The translations under genes were made by a program, and so were the position numbers. 64,000 nucleotides of DNA from Paraphysomonas bandaiensis. Taxonomy: Eukaryota; Protista; Chrysophyceae. The stretch spans positions 136,799 through 200,798 of the forward strand of contig CBFFRP010000065.1 in assembly GCA_965644295.1 (NCBI GenBank). The letters are read 5' to 3'. The notes beneath the pieces were generated by a model. It was not told the DNA's origin, searched no databases, and was given only the letters and a program-made list of their open reading frames with translations. Of this stretch, positions 26,958 to 39,500 are shown piece by piece (position 1 is the first letter of the stretch; each line of letters begins with the position of its first letter).

Positions 26958-27526
26958 GAATATATAAGATTGCCAATGTGGCTCGATGTGGTTTGTGAAG
27001 CGATTTATTTATGCAACACGAGAGTATGTGAAACAAATATTACACTGGACACAGCGTTGAGTGATACGATATTACTGTACAGTACATCGTAGCTATTGTA
27101 CTCTTTGTTGAGCACCCATTGCAATTTTTAAGTTTCTGTTTTTGAGTAAAATACCCGAAATTTATCTCAATATCCGACTATTTTAGAAGTTCGCTGAAAT
27201 CCACAGCATATTTTGATATAGCTGTATGCTGGTATATCATACAGTATATCATGGTACACCAGAGTCGAAGTGGTATGAAGTAGGAGGGATATACAGCCGT
27301 AGTGCAGACGGCACACTGCTGTGTGTAATCTGCTATGATTTTATGTGTATGGATAATTGATTGCTAGTATTCATCAAAGTAATTACTCCCTCATGGACGC
27401 AATGAAATCAATTAGTTTTGCATTGATTACCCTTGAATGAGACTCAAGGGTATATAGAGTGTGTATTGCCTTTGGTGCCGTGGTAACCGTCTCGTCTTGT
27501 TGGTTTATTCCATATAGTTTGTAATA
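26958..27526. promoter_or_regulatory. Putative bidirectional promoter glycosyltransferase / VPS13
   Basis: About 570 bp between divergent ATGs; AT-rich core and ACTGCTG at 27315-27321. Confidence 0.5.
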
Positions 27527-30500
27527 ATGGCCAAAGCACATCTTGAAAAATTGATTGCCACACATCTAGGCGATTATGTTCGTGAATATGATTCTAGCTC
27601 ACTTTCGGTAATTGATTTTAAGTGTGTGATTATTTGCTTTGTCATATTTGCTCTCAGATCGGAATATGGGAAGGCGATGTGAGACTTAGAAACTTGGTCG
27701 GTGCAGTAGATCGTTTGTTTTCAATTATGTATTGACGTCATGTTTTTAGGTGCTGAAACCCCAAGTTGTAGATATTGACGAGGATAGTTCCTTTAAGATA
27801 GAACATGGCTTTATTGGAGAGTTGCGCTTACAGGTCCCGTGGACCCGCTTGCAGTCCGGCCATGTGAAGGCCAGTGTAGATGATGTTCACATAGTACTCA
27901 AGCCATCTGTAGAGTATAGCCCAGAGAATTTGAAAGCTAGAGAGAATAAACTGCATGAAGCAAAGATGGTATGCTTTGACTTGGAATCTGTATCTCTTTT
28001 TACCATATGGGCAGGCTAAGCTAGACAAAGAGGAGCAACAGTTATTCGGAATGGCACCTACGTCACCGGATACGTGGACCGATAGGATAATGAATTCCCT
28101 GGCATCTTCGGTACTGTCGAATATTGTGAATGGGTTTTCTCTTTCTTTATCTCGGTGAGGCGCCTGTATTAGCAGTTGTATGGTAATAACTTATACTTGC
28201 AGTGTGAAAGTATCCTTCCTGCTTCCTCTCCCGGCACACGACGAACTGTGCCATGTCCGTCTCTCTGTTATGTCTGCGGTGGTAGAACCGTGTAACTCTG
28301 GGATCTCGCAGCAGAAGGGTGAGATTCACCTTTTGGGAAAGCGTTTATCGGCGAGTGGTATCAGCGTGGATGTAAATCGTGTGTTCGACAGTGAGGCTTC
28401 GGACCACTTTTCTCGAGATCCCTCTGCACCTCCTGTTGCTACTCACTCTCGAAGTTTGCATTCTTCCTTGGCTACTGCTGCTTTATCTAATGTTTTGGTG
28501 CTCCCGGCTCAGCTGACAGCCACGTTATTTGTTTGTGAGAGAGGAAATGAGGGCGGAGTAGTGTCTTCTCACCTGACGGCAGAGGTAGGATTCGGTCCGG
28601 TGGAGATAACTCCTCATGTACCCCACATGTATCTACTACGGGACGCACTGGATCAGTATACACGAGATAATTTTCGGCGGCGGTATTTGCACTTACGTCC
28701 AATACAAAATCCCTCAAGCGAGTTGAAGAACGTAAAGGCCTGGTGGCTGTATACCATAAGCGCAGTGCTCATATGTCGGCGTGGACGATGCTCTCTTAGT
28801 ATGCAGGAATTGAAATCCGGAAAAAACGAGATATCGACGGCGTCACGAACCCAGAGCCGTATACGCAGCCGATATATTCACCTCTACCGTCAACACATTG
28901 AAAACAAATTGCGGGCCTTTGCTTCCCCTCTAAAGCCTTCTGCGAAGCAATGTCGATCTGGAGACGAACACAAGGAACAGACTAATAACAATATGGATGA
29001 GAGGTGGAAACTACCGCCCCAAGAAGCTGCGGAGATGGACGCACTTCATCGATCTACAACTTACGAGAAGCTTCTTATATATCGCGCAATGGTTCATCAG
29101 GGACTTCAACGCGCTGGTTTTACTGCGGAGAAACTACGAGCAAGTGTTCAACACAGCCGCACACGTTCCTCAACCCTTGGGATGTTTGCATCGCACTTTT
29201 CTTCAGAAAGTACCGGTGCGATGGGAGCAACGGTAGATGGTACGTTTGTTCTGCCAGAAAGTCGTAATCTCACACATTGTAATATAGATGATATTGATGC
29301 TGAAATTCTCAACCTCTTTGAGACTGTTAATAGGCAAGCGCAAGAGGCTAGGCAGCATAATGAACTAATTCTGAATATAAAACTCTTTGCCCCTCGTGTT
29401 GCAATCTGTCCGCGAGAAAGCGTTGCATCTCATATGGAACACAGTGCCGGGAAAGTGGCCAGTGCAGTATCTCCTAAGTCTGCTGCTTTTGTTTTATATG
29501 GATTGCAGGGCTCATTTGCCCAAGGCGAGCTATCATGTGATGGTACTGCGGTGCTCAGTCTGGGGGGGCTGCGGATGCATGGAATGGAAGGGGTAGAGTT
29601 GATGTCGTGCGGAGAGAATACTGATGTATGGACACATCCACTGACTAGTAGTGAGGATAATAGAAAGCCGGCACTATTATTGACTTACAAATGGAGAATG
29701 GCTGATGCTGTTGGGGATGAAGATGCATGCAGTAGCCCCTCGGACTCCGATGAAGAGGTTAACACAATGCGGAATGCTATAGAGAAAATGAGTTACGGCC
29801 ACAATCAACACAAGTCTATTGATTTTTCTATGAAAACACTAAAAATTGTATGGGATGAATCGTCCATGGTTTATCTTATGCACCTCGCCCAAGAGTACTC
29901 GGAGAGGGGGCAAACCCATCTAGCCCCCGCATTAGCGTTAGTGACCAGCGTACATCCTTACACTGACATTCGGAGACGTTGTGCTCTTTATTCGAAGAAC
30001 AAATCGTATTTTACTGCAGTAGAATCAAATGCATCTAGTGTCACCTCTTGGAGTGCCAAAATGTGCGTTGAATCGGTGGTAGCTGCGTTTCCTTATGAAA
30101 GGTCGTCTGGTGATAGTGATGCGACAGATGTAGACTCAACGTCACGACAGGGTGTGTTGAGTATATCATCTGGTTCGTTTAAATTGTATGCTGGTGATTT
30201 TCTCGTTGAAATGGGTATGTTGGTGATTCCAGAATTTAATGACTCTCACCAGGCGGGTTGTGATTCATTGGGAGATATACCTACGCGATCTTTGTGGCCA
30301 CATGCAGACGAAATACTGAAAACTAAGCTATCTAAACTGTGCACACCGGTTATCCGCCCAATAGTTGTGCACTTGGAGAATGTAAATATTTCAATTGTAT
30401 CTAATCATATAGGTGGCAGTTCATCTCCAATTCAACTTTTGAAAGCCCCATTTTGCTGCAAAGGAATAGTGTCACCGTGTTTGGTTCAGTGTCATGCAAT

Positions 30501-33500
30501 ATATCCCGATGTGCAGATTGACGTGTTTTGCTCACCTATTCTACTTAATATAACTCCAAAGGTACGCCGCCTTGAGCACCTAAATATACTACGCTAATTC
30601 TCTGATTCTGATGATAGGATGCGCTGGATATAATTGATGTCACAGCGAGCGTTACACATCTCTTTATGTCGCATTCATTGTCGCCGGCATCCTCATGTGA
30701 TTCTAGTGGGAATTACATCAGTCAAAACACCAGATTTTCCCCTAGAATACGAACACTCGCACCTCTGTGCGTTCTGAAAGCTAGAATCGATATCGATGAA
30801 GTTAGTGTGACGTTGTTGTCTCCTGATAATATTAGAATTGAAGCTGCGGTTACAGAAATATTGACGTCTTATAGCTGCCATGTTCGGGATAGAAGCGGAT
30901 TTTCTAGAACTGTGCATACCGCCGAGAGGCTTTCGATCCAGCAGCTTGGGAAATACGACATCGGATTCAGGGCTGCTGAGAGCGCCCTTCGTGGGGTATG
31001 CAATGCGGTAGAGTCACATGAAAGTGATATTGATGGGGCCATTCGGAAACAAGTGCTGAGCCTCACAAAGACGTTGCCTTCTACTGTGGCACGCATCCCG
31101 ATTGTGTCTGTCACTTTACATGGAATTCATATATCTGATTACTCGCTGACCTATGACTGCAGAAAGGCACTCTATGTTGAAGAATTGCTTATCGCCGATC
31201 ATGAATGTTGTCCAGTAATCCATATTTTTTGTGATAATCAAGGACGTTACGATAATATGTCCGCACACAGTAAAGTTAAGGCATCTAACAGAGAACGGAA
31301 GAGAAGCAACGCGTCTTCTAGAAAAAGTTCGCGCCCTTTCATTGAAACGATTGCTAAGAAATTAGAATCGACCAGCATCTCATCATACTGTGCAATTGGT
31401 ATTGTATATACGGAACAAGATACCAGTTGTGGGTGGGGAGCAGGTGGTCACTCAACTAGAGTACTTTACGAGCTGTGGCCAGAAAGGCATACTCCTTTGA
31501 AAAGCGGAGAGTTTGTTGTTTCTTTAAAAAATGTAGATACGTTACTCTCTCTCAGCGGAATACCACAAATAATTAAAAGCGCTATTCCTATCGCAGCTCA
31601 ATTATTGGAACGAATTTCATCGTACCAACCTGGTGATCGTCATGGAGCACTGCCTTCAAGTCATGCGATGGGAAGCTTTGGATCAGATAAAAATTATGAC
31701 TATCGGCGTGGATTTCGTAAGACGTCGTCATATGACTCTGAATCTATGTTAGAAACTACCAATATATCGTCCCCAAAACCGGTCAACTCTGTGAAGTGCT
31801 CTTATCAAATATTAGTCGACTGTCTGCACGTGGTTTGTGCTGATGGCCCCCGTTATCTCGCTGAACTTGCAGTTACAACGATGAAAGCTAACTATTCATC
31901 ATCGCCGCAAGACAAGAGTGTGCGCGGTGGCAAAAAGGTGGCGCGTAAGATTTCACCCTCTCTACGCGTTGCTATCAGTACGTTGGACCTATATGATTTA
32001 TCCCTGGCTGGCAGCAAGCACCCTACAGTGATATCAAAGAGTGTGACTACTGATGAACATATGATAGTTGTATCAGTAAACTTCGAGAAGAAAGGGTGCA
32101 ACATGAAATGCTTTTTTAATGGAATGCGACTATGTATACTTTATCGGTTTGTGTCGGAGCTGTTGTCTTTTTGGATTACTCATTTTAGCAAGCACGTAAT
32201 TGACGAACTTAATAAATTTGAGGACACCATGCAAAAAATGAAGAGAAGTGATGATGTGCTGCCTCACGCTGATAACGATACGTTGGACTCGTTTGACTCT
32301 TCATCGGAAGGTTCGGTCGAAAGAATTAATGATGGTGATGAAGTCTTGACGGGATTTTTTGAATATCCTAATGTTGGATTAGATGCGAGTGAGCTTGCAC
32401 TTTTAAACTCTCAGACCAAGCACCGTGCATCTCTTTTTGGTTTGGACTACATAATGGCTGACCCACGTGATGTAACTATCACACGCACCCGTTCTGTTGA
32501 TGTCAACGATGTTGATGGGCCGAGTGAGCCGACGAGGTCCTTGAAATACAAAATATCTTGGAGTATGGAATTCACTGATGTGACCTTGATTTTTCCACGA
32601 AATTCGGCATGTGATGATTTGGCCGCAGCGAATATTGGGAGGTTGTCCATATGTGAGTACCAGCTCTCTCACAGCTGGGATGCTCCTCCGCCAGATGTGG
32701 AGATGTCTGATAGTGATGAGGCAATATATTATGACTTTGACGAAAACCAGTGGATGAAAACTGGTCACTATTCCAAGTGCTCGGATAAACCCTCGACAAG
32801 ACCGCAGTTGTCACCATTCATTTTAAATCATAAAACGTCATTTGACGGCCATCATGTTTCTGGTAGAAAGCAGTTGTTCAAGTATAGCACAGAACACAAG
32901 GGGAGTGATATCTCATCGATTGCTTCGTTTGAGAGTAGTGGAAGTGTTGTTGATGAAGAGGAGTTTTTGAGTGCCGATGAAGGAGACGATGTTGACACCA
33001 ATGACCCTGCCAAGAAGAGTATATTTCTGAGCAGGCAGGAAAGTATAGATATCGATGAAGACGACTTCAAAGATACATTCGAGGAGCCTCAGCGTCCTGT
33101 GATGGCAAGTGTGTTGTCATCTCAGTTCAGTAGTCGACCTACACCTCGGAACTACACTGAATGCTCGGATGGGGATGCTTTTTCTGAAGAGTCCTGTGAC
33201 GAAAACAGTGATAATGTCGGCGCCGAATCAGTGTACCGGCTGGTCTTCAAATTTGAAAACGTCCAATTTTTCTGCTCCCTTGCATCTCGTCTCGATGTAG
33301 ATAGGCCTCCCGTAGACCATATGCAGACTATGTTCAGACGGTTTACGCATATCAGGCAAAACTATCCAGTGTATTCGATTGTCCATGCTCGTAAAGGGGG
33401 CGCAACGTGGTCAAAGCAGTCCTGGAACACGATATCGCTCTCTCCAACTAATATTTCGGTTGCTGTTGATCTCACTGAAACGGCAATGAGGTTTTTAATA

Positions 33501-36500
33501 TCAGAAACTGAGCGGGCAACTCCTATGCGCTTGAGCGTCTCTATGGCAGAGCTTTACATGCTCCTCAGTATTTATTTTGACAACCTAAATGAAAAGGAAG
33601 ATTTCTTTTCCCCTGATACTCATCGTGGAAGTGGATCAGTGGAGAGTGTTGACACAGATGAGTTTGTCAGCGCCGATCGTCCTTTTTTTCCGCAGCATCC
33701 AGAATACGGGTCATCAGCATTTTGCGAATATGTACGAAATATAAAAAGCACTGTGGATTTTTTAGTTGTTCGCTCGGACTTAAATTTGAGGTGTTCTATG
33801 GATGAGAGTAAGTATTTTGGATCAGAAATTCCATCGTTCAAGTACCTCAATATTGTAGAAGAAAATGATGCTCGCGATAAATATACAGGAGCCAAATATG
33901 AGTTTGCGAATATTCGTCTGCAGTGGTTTACACTTTTGTGCTGTATGTCTGATGATGTAATGCAAGTTGCTCTAGGAGTTGGTGACGCCAGTATTGTTGA
34001 CAAGCGTAACCCGGATAGGAGTTTTTCGACAGAGGTACTTCGTACTTCTCCAAAGATTGTTGGGAGTGACTTATCGAACTCAATAAATGTCAGACACGGA
34101 TACGCAGATCTTGATTTCGGTCTCAGGGAAGGCCCGTCGAGTATTTATTGTCCGATCGACATACCTTTAAAAATAACATACTTCTCCACTGGTAATACGT
34201 GGGGTGTGACAAATATTGGAGCGAATGCGCCAGATGTTGATGTGAAGAATCTTGATATTGTGTGGCTATTAGTAGATTATTTTTCCAGTTACTTTTGCTC
34301 TGCCGTTTTTGGAAGTCCCTCTTGTGCTGCGTATTTCATGATGGATTCTAATGCTTGGCCTTATGGTGGCCTGGATACCAGAGTTTTTGTCGCAAGGCCT
34401 CACATTCAAACCGTTGATAATACGGTGGATAAATATTGTCAAACTTTGGTTATAGAGGCAGACAAAGGTGTGTACTTTCGTTACATTTATGACACGATGC
34501 ACTCTGTGAAAATGGAAGTTCACGTATCTGGGCTGGCAGCCATGCTGTTGAAATCATACCGTCCACCCTCACAGGCTCGCGGATTGAGGGGTACGGCTGG
34601 TTCTGGGAGAGGGGTTCGTACGCTTATTGAAAACTTATCGGTGAAATTCAGCACTCACTTTGATAAGAAGGCAAATGTTGTGGACTATCTGGCCCATATG
34701 TACCCGGAAACGTCTGCTGTGAACAGGAGCTCACCCTCTTATCAAAACGAGCATATCTCACCCACTACAAGTAATGACGATAAGAGCGATGCTGCTCATA
34801 AGCAATCGAACCCCTCCTATACTAATTTTGACGCCGATTGCCTTTTTCTTTCTGGTGTTCGTATACCATACCCAAAGTGTGTCTCTCGGCTCCATGTTCC
34901 CACAGGGGATTTTCCAAAGCAATGTTGCCGAATAATTTCTAGTATTGAAGACATTATGTTTGCTGTAGCACTCGGAATAGAATTTCTTGGATTGGAAGAG
35001 TCCGTTGAGTATACAAGCTCCAATTCGAAGCTGAAGGTATTGATGTGACTATTTCATGACAATGCTAATTGTGTGTTAGAAATCGGACTCAGCTACAGAA
35101 AGAAAGACGGGCGTGGTAGAGCCTGTGATATTCGCGATATTTAGGATACAAAATGTAAAGTGCATGGTTGTGGACAATGTACTCGGTCTTCACCTCCCAC
35201 TTGCTCAGGTAAATGTAAATGTTACATATATCTCAATATACTCGATTAATTTTCTGTAGCTCTTTCTGGCAGATATATCCGCTATAATAAACATTGCACC
35301 GTGTGATGATAGCCTCACTCCTATTCCAGTAAAATCTAGCAATAACACATCTGCAGCAGACTTGTCGAAGGAGTTATCACAGTGGACAGCTAATCTTCCC
35401 TTGCATCAAAGAAAAAGCTTCCGCTTAAGCAAACTACCTTCAGAGGATTCGATACTTCCTGAGCCTCCGTTGCACAGAGTAATGTCTATAGATGAATCAC
35501 GTACTCATATGACAAAGTCAGAAAAGCTCAAATCGGATATAAAGGCTTATGGGGAGGCTTTTATGTGGGGAGATTATTTCAACAGTATGCTTAAGTGCTG
35601 GGAGCCTCTTGTTGAGCCATTTACATTAACTTGCTTACACGACCAGGTAATTTGTTTATATTGTCTCAGAGTATGATACACTTCTTAACACTAACAACAT
35701 GCAGAGTTCAGACAGAGGTTTGGGAGCGATTGTTAAATCAACAAGTCCAATTCATGTCAACATATCTGTTGCAATGATACGAACATTGAACGATGCGATG
35801 AGAGTTGTTGAAGAGCTCGGGATAGACAGGCGTGTTGAGGTGGGATTTATTTTTGCTCCTGTCTGCATTAAATTTGTTTTGTAGTATCAACAACATGATG
35901 ATGGGCACAGTCGTGAAGACGAACGCCTATCCGCGCAACCTGATCTCCCTCCGTCACGACGAAGAGCCTCCAGTGATGGAACAGTTTCAAACCTCAGAGA
36001 TGGGGCATTTGCTCAACACCCTTCGCCGCAGCGAGAGGATCGCGTATATATGGTGGGAAGTTGTGATGATGAAGATGCGAACTATGGGTCTGTGTTCAGT
36101 CCTCCAAGCCTCAGGCGTTCCCTTTTCTCTCGACCATCATTGGCAAAACCGCATCTTTTGGGATTTCAGAATCACCGGCGCACTCGTGACTCCGTGAGTG
36201 CAGTCGCATCACATTTCACCAATGGCATTGAACACGTGGAAACTGTCCCTTTGAATAAATCAGCTAGAGTTGGGTTTTCTATATTAAATTTAACTGGTTA
36301 CCCTATACGATATGTACAAGAGTGGGAAGACGGAAACCGGCAAACTATTCAGTATTTACAGGATGAACAGCGTGGACTTCTAAATTTTATTGCCTCAAAC
36401 ACAATTATCCGAGATAATCGTATCGTGGAGCAGTCGTTCACTATGGATGCAGGGAAGTCCACGACGTTGAAGCATACCACTGGCCACCAAGTAGCACTTC

Positions 36501-39500
36501 AAGTGGCAGGATACAAATGGATACCAGCGCTACAATCTGACACTCTTGGAATCAAATTTGAGGATTTAACTTCTATTAGCGGTCGCATTGATCTCAAATC
36601 ACTTTACTCCAAGTCGAGCTCAATGAAAAATGCCATAAAGTTGGTCGCTGAAGTGAGACCACATAATGGTGGCAGGCTTTTGAAACTCAGTTCAGCGTTT
36701 GTTTTCAAGAATGCCACGAAACACACGATTAAGCTTTTGGCAAGCATCGAAAATCCCACAAAGATGAAAGGGAATATTTTAGATGTTCCTTATATGTTGC
36801 ACCCAGGAAAGTCGTTCCACGTCCCGATCAGCTTATTGTACAGAAGCGTGCTGCAAGGTAAAAAGGTAAAAGCAGATAGAGATGGAGAAGAGGTGCCCAC
36901 TGCACTGGGTTTTATACAACTCTCACCTGCGGACAAACATATAATAGTGGAAGATTTAGGCGTGACATCCCAAACCGTGGGCGGTGCACAGTACGCCGAA
37001 CCTGTGGATTTGATGAAGACAGTTATTCGCACGGAAGAGTTATTGAATGAAGCGATCGCGCGGGAGAACTTTGATGGGGTTATTGTGCACGATGGGATAT
37101 ATCAGTTGGCATGTGAGTTGAATGGCCAGAGTGGGAAATCATCACAGAGGGAGCAACGAGATTCTGCGTCGGCATTTGACTCGCATCTGGATGAAATAGA
37201 AGTGGCTAAAAGCACACGGATTGTGCACTACGATAAGCTTCCACAATTTTGTTACAATATTGAGGTTGAGGCGAGTTGTCAGTCCAAGAAAATATTGAAG
37301 GCAATGGACGGCGATCAAGATGGGGCGGCTCCTAGTAGATTTAACCGCTTCTTTGGTTCGCAAAAGGCCAGAGAAGAAGCCGTATCTCAGTCTCCATGCA
37401 CATATAACATAGGTATAGCATGAAATGTCTTGTTGATTTTCTCTGATATCAGTCACAGTAATACACCCCCCAATTATAATTGAAAATCTACTTCCTGTAA
37501 AAGGAACATTTGAACTTGTTCATGACAAACGTGCAATCTGGAGTTCGTTGATTCATCCAGGGAAGTCCAGATGCATTCATACCGTCAGCTTGAATGAACC
37601 AATTATGCTTGTGATTAATTTGGATTTTTGCTTACCTTCAGAAGGTGTATTGATACATAAGCCTCTTTCAAAAACTCCAGAAGATCGTGGCTTAGCAGAA
37701 ACCGTTATTGAAGGATTTAAAGGGCTCTTAGAAGATTCCGATTCATCTCTATCGGATTTGTCAATGATGCTTACAGACAATAGGGACGGTCAACGTCTGA
37801 GGCTGCAGATAGAAAATAAGGTAGGTGGCGGTGGTCATAGGAATATTGTGGTGTACTGTCCGTACTGGGTGGTGAACACCTCTCAGTACACTCTCCGCCT
37901 AAGAGAAGAGGGTGATCATCTGAGGTAAGTTGCTTGTTACTTTTATACTACAATATCAGTTTGGGCTACAGGGATGTTGGTAGAGTGGCAGCAATATCTG
38001 CCCCATCTACAAGTTCTGTTGAGACTATACCTCAAGGAACTAGAAAGCGCATGCAACGGCGCGGTGGAAATGAAAATTCGATCCCTCTCATGGAAGAAAG
38101 GGTATTTCCTGGCCGGCCTGGACCGCTTCATAGTTCACGTGTAAAAGAGATTGATGTCGACTCTCCTTTGCGAAATCTGCTCCGTGAGTTACGATTTGAA
38201 CAGATAATGGAAATGGCTTCCCTATTTAATTTCGTTGAACCATCGGAATCTCGTCTAATTGGGAACCAAAAGGTGGTTGCCCAGTTAGAAGATTCTAATT
38301 GGTCTCGACCATTTACACTGGAAAGTGCTGGAGTAAATCAAGTTTTAAGTGTAGATTATGCTGAAATGGGAATGCTTGAACTTGCTTTCAAAGTTAGCAG
38401 CGCACCTGGAAAATGGGCGAAGTATACCAAGGTTATCCGATTTTCGCCACGATTTGTAGTTGTAAATAAGTTGTCGCGAGCGGCGAGGATAATTCAAGTC
38501 AATGGGTTTTTGCATGAAAAGGTTCCTATCGATATATCGGCTGGACATTTGCGCCCATTCCATTTGCCTGCGGTTTTTGGTGAGCGACAATTGGCTGTGG
38601 ATGTGCAGGGACCGTGGATGCGTTCTGTCGCATTTGATATTGATCAGCTGGGGTCACATAATCTCCTATTGCGTAGGACGACTGACACGTCCAAACTGAA
38701 ACACATCATAACACGAGGGAATCCAGAGTATGATGTTACAATTCCACATGATGAGCCAAGTATTCCCACAGATGGGGTAGGGATATGGTTTGAAACGGAT
38801 TGGAGTCATAAGCAAATCGTTGTTATGCGAATTAAGCCTGGCAGTTTTGCTGCAACACGGACGGATGTACAGCACGGTGATGTATTGCTTGCCATAAATG
38901 GCGAGAGTGTTCGTGACATGTCTTTTGAAGAAGCAATGCAGAGACTTAAGACGCGTGACTGCAACGAGGATTGCGTGCTGACATTTCGAACCGTGGAGGA
39001 GAAAATGCGCCGAATTCGTGAGAATGTATTGAACGAAGGGAGTAATCCATCTGATGACAATTTATCTCAATTCAGTTCAGTTCGTGGTCCGCTCAATGCT
39101 AGTGCACTGGTACCAGAAGACGAAGAAAAAGAAATTGCTATCAAAGTTGAAATGAGGGCTGTTGATTCTAGTATATTCATGATTATATCTGATCTGGACA
39201 AAAATTTACGCCCTGAGTACCGAGTTGAAAACCGGTCATCATGCTATACGATTCACTATCGCCAGAAAGGTATATATAATGGGCGATGGACTACACTGCT
39301 GCCCGGTCTCTCAGCAACCTATATATGGGAAGACCCACTGAAACCTCATAAACTTTTGTTTCGAGTGGGAAAGAATATACTCTGCCCATCGAATGAACGA
39401 TTGAATTCATTAGCGCTGGTAAATGACCACCCTCTAAGTTTTATGTCGGTTGGGTCTACTGACAGTCTGGTTACACAAGTACTATTTGATGAGATTGGGT

